Made by a program: the position numbers and the translations under genes. A DNA stretch of 63,946 bases, counting the filler, from Sphaeroforma arctica JP610 (taxonomy: Eukaryota), in NCBI RefSeq assembly GCF_001186125.1. It is 5 parts of 3 records of this genome, joined end to end, with 100 filler letters (N's around TTAATTAATTAA, not from the genome) between each part and the next. Parts side by side here need not be neighbours in the genome. Positions count along the whole stretch, not along the records: positions 27,974 to 39,197 come from NW_014040552.1; positions 39,298 to 47,789 come from NW_014040552.1; 3 more parts are not named here. The stretch is one strand, 5' to 3'. Below the pieces are notes generated by a model. The model was not told where the DNA came from, searched no databases, and was given only the letters and a program-made list of their open reading frames with translations. Of this stretch, positions 31,819 through 43,672 are shown in pieces; position 1 is the first letter of the stretch, and each line of letters opens with the position of its first letter.

Positions 31819-33996
31819 ATGACCAAGAAAGACAACACTCCTTCTAAGAAGCGTAGAGCTGAAAAGAAGAAGATGGAGAGAGAAGTCGCTAACGCTGCCG
31901 CAGCTATTACTGCTGCGCAAGCAACCGACGCCGCTGCTGATGCATTTAAGCGCACTGTAGCCAAAGCACTTGCCTCTGACAATTATAGTCAAAAGGACAA
32001 TGCTTCAGATAAGGAAATAGCCACTCCGCTTAAGGAGACTACTTCTTCTGACAGAGCCCGAGGGCCAACTATAGCCTCAACTTCAAAACTTGCATTAACG
32101 AAGCCAAAACGTGAGACAAGGGATACGTCGCAAGACGCCCCAACCCATTCTTCTGACGAAAATCAGAAAGGAAAGTCCCCAATTATGAGGGCGTCCTCAA
32201 TTATAGGGGACAAGGACAAATCTCAGAAGGAACCTATTATGGAACCAGAAGAGGAGGCAAGCTCAAGTAGCAAAACCGAATCTACGTCCGAGACTTCTAA
32301 GCCGAAGCACATAAGTAAGTTAATTACTAAATACGCTGATCTTAAGAATCAGTTAGCTACTATTATGAAAGACTTGACTGTCGAGCATGTAGATCAATTA
32401 GAAAGATCAGGAACACATACACAGCGCTTACGCGAGCATGTTTCCCCGGGCATTACTGAAGCCCTACAGAAGTGGACAGAACGTCGACAGGCAATTACGC
32501 CCAAAGACTCAAGCTCGACACCTGAGTCATATGATCCAGAGATACACAGCGTCGATATACCGTACGAGGCATTACTGCCAGAAGAACAGGCTAATCATTC
32601 GCCTGTTCTGACACCTGGTCGTGAGTCACCTGTCCTCAAAGGTATTATAGACCGAGAGGTAAGGAAATATACTACGCCACTTGTACCCAATTGGGAGGAC
32701 AATCGTCGGAAACCAGTTAAGACTGGGTATGTTATTCCGACGCCAAGGGATATTAATCATCCCCGCAGACGTGTGAACGATGTCGAGTTTAATCGCTTCG
32801 ACCGCACGGCTTTACACCAACCCGCAGAGGATTTCCACTCTGACGAGGTGACCGACCTTAATAAATCGGTCGACGACTTTACCAATAAAATGGAAGTCGC
32901 CCATGCTGCGCATCATGCTAATGACGTAGCATACTATGCGAATATTATTGCGATTAAGCAAAAGCGCATAGACCAATTACTTCAGGCCCAACGTGGACAA
33001 GACCACAGGGACAACCAGAAGTACAAAGGACAGATCAGTCGACTTAAGTCGAACTGGAATGCCAACAGCAAGCAGGTCGAGTTTATAAACAACCATGACC
33101 TCGACACGCTAACTTGTACGCTTAATGCGTTTACGGTCATGCTGGAGACGAATGATATCGCTCCCCAGCAATGGATCTCTGCCTTAATGCAGACATTTGA
33201 CCCTACAGGTACCATTTATCTGATCCTGCAGCGACACCAGCATGAGCTAGACACTTGTCGTGACTGGTCAGTTGTGTGTTGGTTGGTCACATCCTTGTTA
33301 AGTAAGGATATGCGTAGCCCTGGGCTGAGTTCAATTTTAAATGAACCAGCCGAGAACACGCCCATTCAGAGTTATATTCTGAAGTTAGACGCTGACCTGA
33401 AACGTCCCGATATAACAAAGGACAAGGCACAGCGATGGTCCGAATTCCTGGTTAGGTACGTGTTCTGTAATAACATAGGGAATAACGACCGTGAGAGTCT
33501 GTACACCGAGTTGCGACGTAAACACGCGACTGAGGCTCGAGACAAAGGACATGAAACAAAGTTTCATCTATCCCGATTTACATGGGAACAGTTTTATGAT
33601 ACTGTATCCACTCTTTTTCCCGCACATCGAGTAACATCGAAGGGAAAAGCGGCTGCTAAGAAGCCGCGGGAGCACCCCGATCACGGATACGTATCCAGGC
33701 AGACCTCAAACAAGAGACCCCAACATACACGTGCTCGCGAATCCACTTTCACAACGCGACTCAATAAACGGGCACGCGCAGGAGCGAAGGACATGGAACC
33801 TCCATTTAAGGAGATTAAGAAATGTGCCGACGCCCAGTGTGGGTATGACATGTACCAATTACCCCCTAACGGTTATTGGAATGGTAGACATGCATCCACC
33901 TGTACACACTTTCTTACTAAGTGTGGCAAGTGTGAGAAGACCAATGGTTATCACACTAAGTCTTGTGACCGAAAGCCCAACATTAAGTTGGAGTGA
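31819..33996 (+). CDS. Gag-like protein of element B (725 aa, intact)
   Basis: Lies between the LTR and the protease. Long disordered N-terminus. C-terminal Cys/His clusters CADAQC..H..C and CGKCEKTNGYHTKSC. Confidence 0.85.
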   Translation: MTKKDNTPSKKRRAEKKKMEREVANAAAAITAAQATDAAADAFKRTVAKALASDNYSQKDNASDKEIATPLKETTSSDRARGPTIASTSKLALTKPKRETRDTSQDAPTHSSDENQKGKSPIMRASSIIGDKDKSQKEPIMEPEEEASSSSKTESTSETSKPKHISKLITKYADLKNQLATIMKDLTVEHVDQLERSGTHTQRLREHVSPGITEALQKWTERRQAITPKDSSSTPESYDPEIHSVDIPYEALLPEEQANHSPVLTPGRESPVLKGIIDREVRKYTTPLVPNWEDNRRKPVKTGYVIPTPRDINHPRRRVNDVEFNRFDRTALHQPAEDFHSDEVTDLNKSVDDFTNKMEVAHAAHHANDVAYYANIIAIKQKRIDQLLQAQRGQDHRDNQKYKGQISRLKSNWNANSKQVEFINNHDLDTLTCTLNAFTVMLETNDIAPQQWISALMQTFDPTGTIYLILQRHQHELDTCRDWSVVCWLVTSLLSKDMRSPGLSSILNEPAENTPIQSYILKLDADLKRPDITKDKAQRWSEFLVRYVFCNNIGNNDRESLYTELRRKHATEARDKGHETKFHLSRFTWEQFYDTVSTLFPAHRVTSKGKAAAKKPREHPDHGYVSRQTSNKRPQHTRARESTFTTRLNKRARAGAKDMEPPFKEIKKCADAQCGYDMYQLPPNGYWNGRHASTCTHFLTKCGKCEKTNGYHTKSCDRKPNIKLE

Positions 33997-36900
33997 CGGT
34001 ACTACCAGGTACAATCATTACACAGACAATACAACGACTCTTTAGATGAGCGTGTAATATTCCCTGTACATTGCAATGGAAATAAATCCTTGCGTTGATT
34101 GATCCTGGTTCAGAAATTTCATGTATATCCGATCGCTTTGTATTAATGAAAGATATCGAAAGGAGAACACAAACAACTCATCTCATTTTAACTGATGATA
34201 AAACTGCTACGTGTGATACCATCGCCACAGATGTTAAAATCTCCCTGGCCGATGGTAGGAGTATCACTACTCAAGCTGTGATAGTTAAGATGTCACAGAA
34301 GTACGACATTATAGTCGGAATGAGTGATTTACTCACTCTAGGTATAATCGTAACTGGTCTACCAATTAACATAGATCCATTAAAGGATCAACCAGACGAT
34401 ATCTGTCTGAACCCATATAAGCCCCCGTCAGACACAGTCAAGGCATTAATACCTGACTTTGCGAATAAAATCATGGATCTGATTCTAGCTAATATGAAGA
34501 TGAAGATCACAGATTGGGCAAAATTACGTTTCAACGACGGGCATGTCAGCCTTGACTTAACCAAGGTAGACTGTAAACAGTTAAAGTGTCCCTCAAGGAA
34601 CTATATATCCTGGAGACACGAGGCCGTGGGAAAAGAACAAGTTGAGAAATGGCTAGCAGATGGAGTGATATAAATTAACTATCAACAGACGCCAGTTAAC
34701 TTGGCACTGCTAGCCGTAGACCAACATAACTCTGACGGATCGTTTAAGAAAGTCAGAGTATGTTTAGATATGAGTCCAATACATAAATTATTACTTACTC
34801 ATAGCTTCCACTTACCTCGTATTAACGAGCTACTGCGAAGGATGGAAGGTGCTACATTGTTTACAACTATAGACCTTACACAAGGATACCATCAAATGCA
34901 GGTATATGAACCCCACCGTAAATGCTTTAGCTTTACGTGGAAAGGCAAACAATACCGGTTCAGAGGTGCACCATTCGGGTTACACTCTTTACCAGCATTC
35001 TTCCAACAAGTAATAGAAGAAATGTTTGCAGACATGCCTAACGTGCAAGTCTATATAGATGACATAGTCATCTTTTCTAAGACTACAGGCGAACACGCCG
35101 CATTAGTCAAACGAGTCCTTAAGAGACTCAATGAGCAAAACTTCAAGATTAACGAGAAGAAATGCCACTTCGCAATGAGAGAAATACAGCTCTTAGGCTA
35201 CCATATATCTTGGGAAGGTATTAAGATCGACCCCGGTAAGGTAGAACACCTGTTAGATTGGCGAACACCAACTACAGGAAGAGATGTTAACAGCATGTGT
35301 GGGTTTGTAAACTTCTTTTCAGATGGAGTACCACACTTAGCTGACTACCTTAAACCTTTTGGACACTTAAGATGTCATAAAGGCAAACTAGGAGACTTGT
35401 GGACTAAAGAGTGTGTTGACGCATTTAAAGCGTTCAAACACGCAGTCCAACAAGCCCCAGTTGTACAAGGGCCAGTCGATGGCGTGCCGTTTGAAATAGC
35501 AACGGACGCATCAGACTTAGCCTTAGGAGGAGTATTATATCAGGTTATAGATAACAAACCTAGATATATACTATTCTTTAGTCGAGCAATGAATGCTTCA
35601 CAGTTGAATTATCCAACTGTTAAACAAGCGCAATTAGCCATAGTGGCAGCTCTAACACACTTCCGATATTAATTATACGGAACAGCATTTACGTTGATGT
35701 GTGATCAGAAATCTCTTCAATATATGAAAGAGATAAAACCCGACTCACAATTACTGAGTCGTTGGCATGATACAATATCAAAGTTTCATTCTGATATAAA
35801 ACATCTGCCAGGAATACATAACCATTTACCGGATATGTTATCACGCTTCGTACCGGACTTTAATAAATCCGTACGTGAGTTACTAGCCACTGACTGGAAG
35901 TGTAATCCCAGGTGGTTTGAACTGGCTCAAAAGATATTTGGGCCACATACCATAGATATGTTTGCTGCACATCATAATGCACAACTATCGAATTACAGGA
36001 CTTTACATCATCCTTTGGGAGACGCCTTTCAAATAGACCTCTCCAAACATAATGCTGGGTTAATCCATCATGGCAGTTAATTGCCCAGTTATTAAATTAT
36101 GTTCATATACATAAAGCTACCATCACGTTGTGTTGCCCATTACGGAGGAAAGATCCATGGTTCAATAAATTAATAAGCATGATACATTGCGATCCAATAT
36201 ATTTAGATAGGGAAGTAGATACTTTCCTATATCAGGGAACCCGAGCCGTCCAGAAGACGCCCTGGAGACATACTATAATATGTCGTATAGGTCCCATTGG
36301 AACAACCAAATGGACCCCTTCTGAGACCTTCCTTAACAAGGTCAAAGAATCAGAGATTCCACTCTCTACCCAATTGAACGTTAAGCAGTTCAAAGCCAAC
36401 ACAGCACTTGAAGTCTGTGCACAAGAAATACAATCTACTAATGACACTACAGTTAAGAAGCGTCAGTCACTAGCTATGACTCTGTTTAATATCATAAAGT
36501 CCAAGCCCGAAGTCTTTCAAACCCTATTTTTAAAGGTATTAATAAAAGATAATCCTAAAGCATATACACATATAATGCGACTATTAAATATATCAGGTGT
36601 ATCAAACGCACACGAGCGCACTTATGACACTCATGCGAACGAAGGACAGGAGTCTGAAAGCACTACAGACTTAGAGACCACGCAAGTGGATTCTCAACAC
36701 CCTACCTTTATTCTGGAAGAGCAGAATGATGAAAACCCATTCTTGCTTGGCTGACGCAAACCCATAAGCTGAAGCACCAGAACGTAGTAGACGCACTTAA
36801 AGATGCTAAGCGAAATGGGATCGCGCACCCAAAGCTGGCAACTTTAGTTGATAGAGTATATCAGTCATGTACAGACTGTGATCTCAATCAGATCAAGCGC

Positions 36901-38264
36901 TATGGGTTCGCACCGCTTAAAAGAGTGTGACTGAAGATGTTCCATGGCGCAGGGTCATCATTGATCTGATTGACCTGCCTACGTCCGAGCACACAGGCGA
37001 CAGTTACGTATGCCACTTCTTTGATGTGGCATCACGGTTTAACTTGCTCTATCAATTAAAGGATAAGAATACGCAGACCGTGGCAGAACTATGTTGCCAA
37101 GTCTTTGCTGACCACGGGTGGCCGGGTATTTTGTGCACTGATAACGGTAGTGAGTTCTGCGATGACGTAATGGAATCGCTAGTACTCGTATCAGGCATAT
37201 GCCATAAGAGAGGTGTGCCATATAAGTCGCAAACGCAAGGTGCGAATGAAACGCGCCATAGAAGAATTAAGTTCTTCTTGCGTACTGCATTAACGGATGA
37301 TGCAGATGATTGGCAGTACCACCTTAAGTGGGTACAAACACCGATGAACGAGTGTGCTGATCCGGTTAAAGGAACCACACCTACTCACTATTTTCGTGGC
37401 AGATATAGTGAGTTGTAAATCCTCTTTAACAAGGACGAACCTGATCACCATGAGTTACCATGGTTATAGAAGGTCCAACGTATTTATAACGTTGTATATG
37501 CTTGCTTGCGAGAAATACGCAATTTAGCCTTATTAAAAAGGCAAAAGCGATGTAACACTACCAAGAAGATAGCAGAGTATCAGGTTGGTGACAGAGTTAA
37601 CATCCGTCAACGTAATTCCGATACTACTGTATTAACATCTAAATGGATAGGTCCATATATAATCTCTTTAGCAGACACTACAAGTGGAACGTACTAGGTA
37701 AATAACCCCGATGGTTCTAGTGCGCTTAATATAGGCACAACTCGTATTCCGACTACAGAGATTATACTCGCAAGAAAACATGACTCTAATGCCCCTCTTG
37801 ATCGTTCTGAATTTAAAGACATTATATGGAGAACGGATAAGGGAGTCTATACATACTATCGTACACGTTTTATAGACAGTACAATAGCTGAGTTGACTTC
37901 AGATGCTTTCGATAACCAAGACTATTTAAAAGCCTTTAATTGAAAATGGCGTAAACGCCTGCATAAGTCACAAGCTGAAAAAGATAGCATGTTTCCATCG
38001 ACTGAAGGCACGGAAGTTAAAACTTATCCGCCTACAGAATTTATCCCGAGCTTTAATGCTCATCCTTCATATGTGCTTAAGACACTGAAGCGTAAGAAAC
38101 GTCCAGTCGACCACCACGGACCTACTAGACCTAAGCTCAAAAGTTACATGGTAACCGAGAATGCTTTACTTCTCCGCCTGGGAAACATTAACTATATGTT
38201 ATGCTACTTAATGTTTTCGACCCATTTCCTTTCTCGCTTTTTGACCCATAATCAGCCTGAGTAA
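33997..38264 (+). pseudogene. pol of element B (PR about 34050-34350, RT about 34700-35250, RH about 35480-35850, MTase about 35890-36330, IN about 36760-37700, chromo-like about 37800-37945)
   Basis: Domain motifs occur in order across ORFs 34095, 34701, 35694, 36128, 36927 and 37506, separated by stops and frameshifts. Confidence 0.9.
35890..36330 (+). pseudogene. Dam/DIRS-type N6-adenine DNA methyltransferase domain in element B
   Basis: TDWKCNPRWFELAQKIFGPHTIDMFAAHHNAQL...GDAFQIDL..(frameshift)WVNPSWQLIAQLLNYV..ITLCCPLRRKDPWF; NPSW at 36062-36073. Confidence 0.85.
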
Positions 38265-38305
38265 GCAACTTGCTTCTCATGGGTCTCAAAGCTGGGTGGG
38301 GGCTG

Positions 38306-39192
38306 TGTAATAAGCCTGGCCTCCACATTAGACTCTATGTATAAACGTACTCTTAAGCAGTACGTAAATTATAAACGTACTCTTAATAGTACGAGGAATT
38401 TTAAGTTTCCTAAATGTACTCTTAATAGCACGAGGAACTTAAGTTTCCTAAATGGTTTTTAATGGGTTTTATTAATTAGTACCTTTTCCATTTTACATAT
38501 CAGATATTTGGACGAGGCCATTAAAAGGCCTCAGTAATATACCAAACATAAGAGTTGGTCTAGTTCTATCAATAGAACTATATTTACTTTCCAACTTTAT
38601 TTATACTGAATACTTCGGTAGCGAGATGGCTCAACATAATATAGGTTTCTAGGGACTATTAACGTTACCTAGTTGATCCTCCGAACAGCCAACCAGATGT
38701 GCCGGTCTGATGAAGACAAAGTCGGTAATTCTTGATAGTGGCAAGTTATTGGTTGAAACAATAACTAAGGATATATTCTATTAGATTATCTTATCCCTCG
38801 GGATGTCCATCCCCATAGGACATCAAGAGTATTTCTTCTTCTTCTTTTTTTCTAAAGATAGGATTTTATGAGTCTCTCGGATTCGCCCAAATGAAACATA
38901 CCATAGTTTCTAATAGAGCGACAACGAAACACTAAATAAAATCCCTTCGGCGGAAACAGTACTGAGAGGACTATATATAGGCAATGTCTCAGCCTCACAA
39001 TACCTCATAATATATAGGCAATGTCTCAGCCTCACAATACCTCAGAGTAATGCTGTTTTCACGAGGCATACCTGACTTTACTAAAAGTCTTATTTCGTTT
39101 GTTTACTTTGATATTTACACGATACTTAGAATTTACCTACGCGTTTATTTATTCTATGGCATTAGTATCCCCTTAATAGACCGAATCTTACA
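38306..39192 (+). repeat. 3' LTR of element B (about 887 bp)
   Basis: TGTAA...TTACA termini, preceded by a PPT. Confidence 0.85.
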
Positions 39193-39829
39193 TATATNNN
39201 NNNNNNNNNNNNNNNNNNNNNNNNNNNNNNNNNNNNNNNNNTTAATTAATTAANNNNNNNNNNNNNNNNNNNNNNNNNNNNNNNNNNNNNNNNNNNNCTT
39301 GATCTGGTTCTTTTCACAATCAGTACAGCGTCGGTATACTTCACGTATGGGTTCTTTCAGCACCTGGGTGATCAAGCCCTGCACGAATAGCCATCTTATA
39401 AGTATGCTCATATGCTCGATGAGTTAAATTATGTATTACTTTAACTCTACTCTCGAGTTCTTCTAAGTCAGTCAGATTCTGTGTAACGCTGGCTGGATGA
39501 ACCATAGTCCCGTTAGATAGGGCAACTTCAGTATCAGGAGGGGTAGATTCCTGAGATACGTAGTTAACAACATTAGATTGTTGAAGTATCTTCTTCAGTT
39601 GTTTCACACCTCTTGGGTGTTCTTTAAGCAGTGCTTTAAGTAGTTGAGTGCGAGCTTCAGGTTCTCTTAGAGCTTTGAGTCTTTGATCCATGGCCTTAGC
39701 TAGTTCCATGTTTTTACGATCTAATGCCGCCTCAATCGGCATTACCTCGACTGCATTCTTGTTGGATGCATGTGTTGTACGAGTCTTGAGCTTTTGTTCA
39801 AACTCCTTAGACTACTCTAGTTTAGCTAA

Positions 39830-40270
39830 GAACTCGGTTGAGGGTTTCCACTTAGCGGTACCTGCAGGACCGATGCGACAAACGACGGTGTGTTTCCAAG
39901 GTGTCATCTTAATAGAATAGGTTCCCTGATACAAGAACGTGTCGGTTTCACGGTCGACATAGATAGGCTCGTCTTGTATCATATTAATTAAATCACGTAT
40001 CCATGGGTCGGAGCTACGTAAGGGACAACACATCGTAATGGTAGATTTAGTAATATTAACATAATTTAACAACTGTGCGATAAGTTGCCAAGGGGGGTAA
40101 GCCCACCCATTATGCTTTGATAAGTCAAGTTGAAAGGCATCACCTTTAGGATGAATCAACGACCTATAATCAGAAACCTGTTTGTTATGTTCTGCGGCGA
40201 ACATATCAATAGTAAATGGACCCCATCTTGATTGAGCGAGGTTAAACCATTTCTTATTAAGCATCCAATC
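39830..40270 (-). pseudogene. Dam/DIRS-type N6-adenine DNA methyltransferase domain in element C (uninterrupted frame)
   Basis: DWMLNKKWFNLAQSRWGPFTIDMFAAEHNKQV..GDAFQLDLSKHNGWAYPPWQLIAQLLNYVNITKSTITMCCPLRSSDPW; YPPW at 40088-40099. Confidence 0.87.
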
Positions 40271-41946
40271 GGTTGCTAATAACTCTTTAACTGTTTTCTG
40301 GTAGGTATAATATTATTTATTTCAAAAATAGCTTCTGGTAGTGAGGGATAAGTCGAGAGAGCATGTCAGGAAGATGATTATGTATTCCTGGTATGTGTGT
40401 AATGTTAAAAGCGAATTTAGCAATAATGACATGCCAGCGGCTCACCAACTGTGAATCAGGGTTCATGTCCTTTAAATATGTTAAAGACTTTTGATCACAG
40501 GCGACAGTGAAGTAACTTCCATAAAGGTAGTCTTTAAACTGTCTTAGCGCAGTAGCTATAGCAAGGAGCTCTTGTTTAACGGTAGGGTAATTCCGTTGAC
40601 TCTTATTATAACTCTTGCTAAAAAATTGCATGTAGCGCGGCTTACCATTTATCGTTTGGTATAGCACTCCACCTACCGCTCAATCTGAAGCGTCGGTTGC
40701 TACTTGGAATGGGACGCCATCCACAGGGTATTGCATGATGGGTGCGTCCATTACTTTACTTTTAACTAGCTTAAATGCATCATCACATTCATTAGTCCAG
40801 AGCTTTCCCAAAGGTCCTTTGTACAGCCGTAGGTGACTGAAAGGCTTTAAGTAATGAGAAAGATGAGGTACTGAATCCGAGAAGAAGTTAACAACCCCAC
40901 ACACAGAGTTCACATCTCTGCCAGCAATCGGTGTTGATAAATCCAACAGAATTTGTTTCTTGCCAGGATCAATTTCTACCCCTGCTGCACATACCTTGCA
41001 ACCAAGTAAGTGTATAGTATCTTTAGCAAAAGAACACTTGTCCTCGTTAATCTTAAGTTTGGCATGGTTTAGTCGCTTTATGACTTCTTTAACGAGTTTA
41101 GCGTGTTCATGTGCTGTCCTTGTAAATATAACTATATCATCTAAATATACTTATACGTTATCCGACAGGTCCGCAAATAGTTCCATCATAACTTGTTGGA
41201 AGAAAGAAGGTAACATGTGTAAGCCTTCAGGTGCACCTTTAAACTAGTACTTCTTACCTTGCCAATTAAAGGAAAAGTATTTCCTATGCGGCTCATATAT
41301 TTGTAATTGATGGAATGCAGCTTTTAAGTCTACCTTGGAAAAGATAGTCGTACCTTCCATTTTGCGTAGTATCTCGCTTATCTTTGGTAAGGGAAGACTA
41401 TGTTGCGGAATTAGTTTGTTGATTGGTGACAGGTCTAGTACTACTCTTGTTTTACTAAACGTTCCATCAGATCTATATTGGTCGACCGCTAAAAGAGCTA
41501 AGTTAACTGGGGTTGCATCATAATTGATTTCAATTAGACCCTGTTTTAACCAATCTTCAATGTGGGTTTTGACAACGTCTTTGTGTCTCCAACTCTAGTA
41601 GTTATGTGAAGCCCTAAAACGTACCCGTTAGAGAACTTAAACATACACCAGTCAGTAATTAAGTCCATAATTGTATCGGTAAAGTGCGGAATCATATCCT
41701 TTGCTTCACCTTCCGGAGATTTAGATATCTTTAACATGTTATCATCTGACTGATCTTTATTTGGGTCTAGCCCATTAGGCAGACCAGTGAGAGTTATACC
41801 TAAACCGAGAAGATCAGTCATACCTATAATTAAATCGTATTTCTGAGACATGTCAGTAACGATTAGGTGAGTCTTTACTTCTCTTCTATCTGACAACAAT
41901 ATGTGTGCATAGTCAATGGCTTCTTCGCAAGTGGTAACTTTGCCAT

Positions 41947-42126
41947 TGTAGTAAACACATCAAAATACGATACTAAAACCTACTGAGTCCTCCTGAGGCT
42001 CAGTGCGGTGTATTTATTCTTATATTTGATTGTCTACTTGGTCTACAAATAATTCACCTCGTGTGAATTAATTGTAAACTAATTCTAACTCCACACTGAT
42101 AGTGGTTTAAGGGGACTTTTACTACA
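41947..42126. mobile_element. 180-bp solo-LTR-like insertion in the protease of element C
   Basis: TGTAGTAAA...TTTACTACA termini with 4-bp TSD CCAT (41943-41946, 42127-42130). Removing it restores the frame ILGNG|KVTTCEEA. Confidence 0.85.
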
Positions 42127-43573
42127 CCATTTCCCAAGATTAAATTAGTTGTTTCGTTATGGATAGCCATATCTATAGCGTGGGCTACTCGGCGTGAGAT
42201 AGCAGAGACTTCAGCCCCTGGATCAAAAAGTGCTATAACTTTTTTTCCATTTACATAAACAGTTTGATTTATACGTTCATCTCCTTTGGTATAGATTTTA
42301 TTGAACTTTTTCTCAAAATCTTGCTCTAGTGCACACATATGGAACTATCAGTGCTTAACTTGGACGTCCGGTATGTCCTTGCAATCATCTTTGTGCCCTG
42401 CAAGTAGTACACTCTTTCATATAGTGTCCAAAGTTTGGCTTGCCTGGTGCACACTTATCAGAGTCGTGTTTACCATTCTACTTGCCATCACGTTTAGTGA
42501 GGTTGTAACCACACTTCTTGCAAGGTGCTCTCTTCTTCCTTTTACCCTTTAGTTCAGTAGAAGTAGAGCCTTTACCACCTCCAGCAGTAGTGCGAGGTTT
42601 CTCTATATCGCGGTACGCTTAGCGGGCTGGGTAAAACTCAAGGTACTAAGTACTCTAGTAGATGGGTTGGTATGCTTTTGAACTATCTTCTCGATGACAG
42701 ACCAAGTCATAGATCGCAAATCACCATAGGCGATAATATCATCATTGACCTTCTTAAAAAGGTTAGCCCCCAGAGTCTCCATCGTCTGACAAATTAATAA
42801 ATATTCGCCAGTATAGGTACGACCTCCCATCCAAGTGTTCATAAGTGTCATATGAGCTAGAGCACCTCGAATAGTAGTATCGTTCGCAAAGGACTTGCGA
42901 GACTCTAGAAGTTCACGGTCACGTGCATCTTAAAAGAAGGCGTTAAGTATATTCTCACGCAACTGGCGCCAGATAGGGCTTTCCAGTTGGGCTCATGGGC
43001 CTTCAAGATAGGTTTCCATTCCTCTGACTCACAGAAACGAATAAAGACATTCATCATCTGCTTATCCTTAAGGCTGGCAGACTCCTTAAGTTGGTCAAAG
43101 GGCTTCGGTGTCTCCACTGTACTCTCATTAGTAGAGAAATCGACCTCAGCCTTCGCGTTACCTAGCTGCTTTATAAAGCTTGGTTCGAAGCGTTCACGAG
43201 GCTCACGCTCAGTGCTACGAGCTGCTAGTGCCAAGATGGAGTCTATCTTCTTTCTCTTGTTATCGATTAAATAGCGAATATTATCCGCTTTCTTATCGTC
43301 AAGGTCTGAGTCATTCAATAGACGGTCCTCAAGGACTTGCATACCAGAACGTAATAGCCTGAGACGATGTTGTCTGATTCTCACTTCCTCGTCTTCAGAG
43401 CTAGAGTGGGTACTCTTTAGTGAGATACTGGTATAACGATTACCAACGTCGTGATTACCAGGGTTAAATGGTAAATGAGGATCGATGTTATGAGGGTGGT
43501 AAGCCTCATCGATTTCCGTACGATCATAGCCTCTGACAGGGTTAGGTTTGTCAAGAGGATGGTCGATTGTAGC

Positions 43574-43672
43574 TTCCGAGCTATAGAGATTAAATATTGA
43601 GGTTTTACCCACTTCACCAGCGGTAACTGGCTCAATGGTAAAACCTCAATATTTAATCTCTATAGTTCGGAA
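43574..43672. repeat. 36-bp inverted repeat (fold-back) at the junction of elements C and E
   Basis: 43574-43609 and 43637-43672 are reverse complements with one mismatch. Confidence 0.9.

Larger units (their letters stand above)
31104..39192 (+). mobile_element. Near full-length Ty3/gypsy LTR retrotransposon 'B' (LTR-gag-PR-RT-RH-MTase-IN-chromo-like-PPT-LTR), pol disrupted
   Basis: Homologous LTRs starting TGTAATAAGCC at 31104 and 38306; the 3' LTR ends TTACA at 39192. PPT-like AAAGCTGGGTGGGGGCTG at 38288-38305. PR LIDPG, RT YIDD, RH ATDAS, IN IDLID/TDNG/E, WIGPY. No matching TSD seen, and the end of the 5' LTR lies in a gap. Confidence 0.93.
39298..43636 (-). mobile_element. Ty3/gypsy element 'C' (B lineage): gag fragment, PR, RT, RH, MTase, IN N-terminus; decayed, no LTR visible
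   Basis: ALFDPGAEVS, LLAVDQY.SDGTF, YLDD, VATDAS, HIPGIHNHLPDMLSR, WGPFTIDMFAAEHN..YPPW. Colinear with B. Confidence 0.9.

Noticed and set aside
31099..39197. Target-site duplication for element B
   Set aside because: The flanks AATTT and TATAT do not match; the two LTRs may belong to different copies joined across the 31763 gap.
29170..40270. Classifying the MTase-bearing elements as DIRS
   Set aside because: No tyrosine recombinase motifs seen. They have an HHCC/DDE integrase with GPY motif and, in B, a protease, direct LTRs and a PPT.
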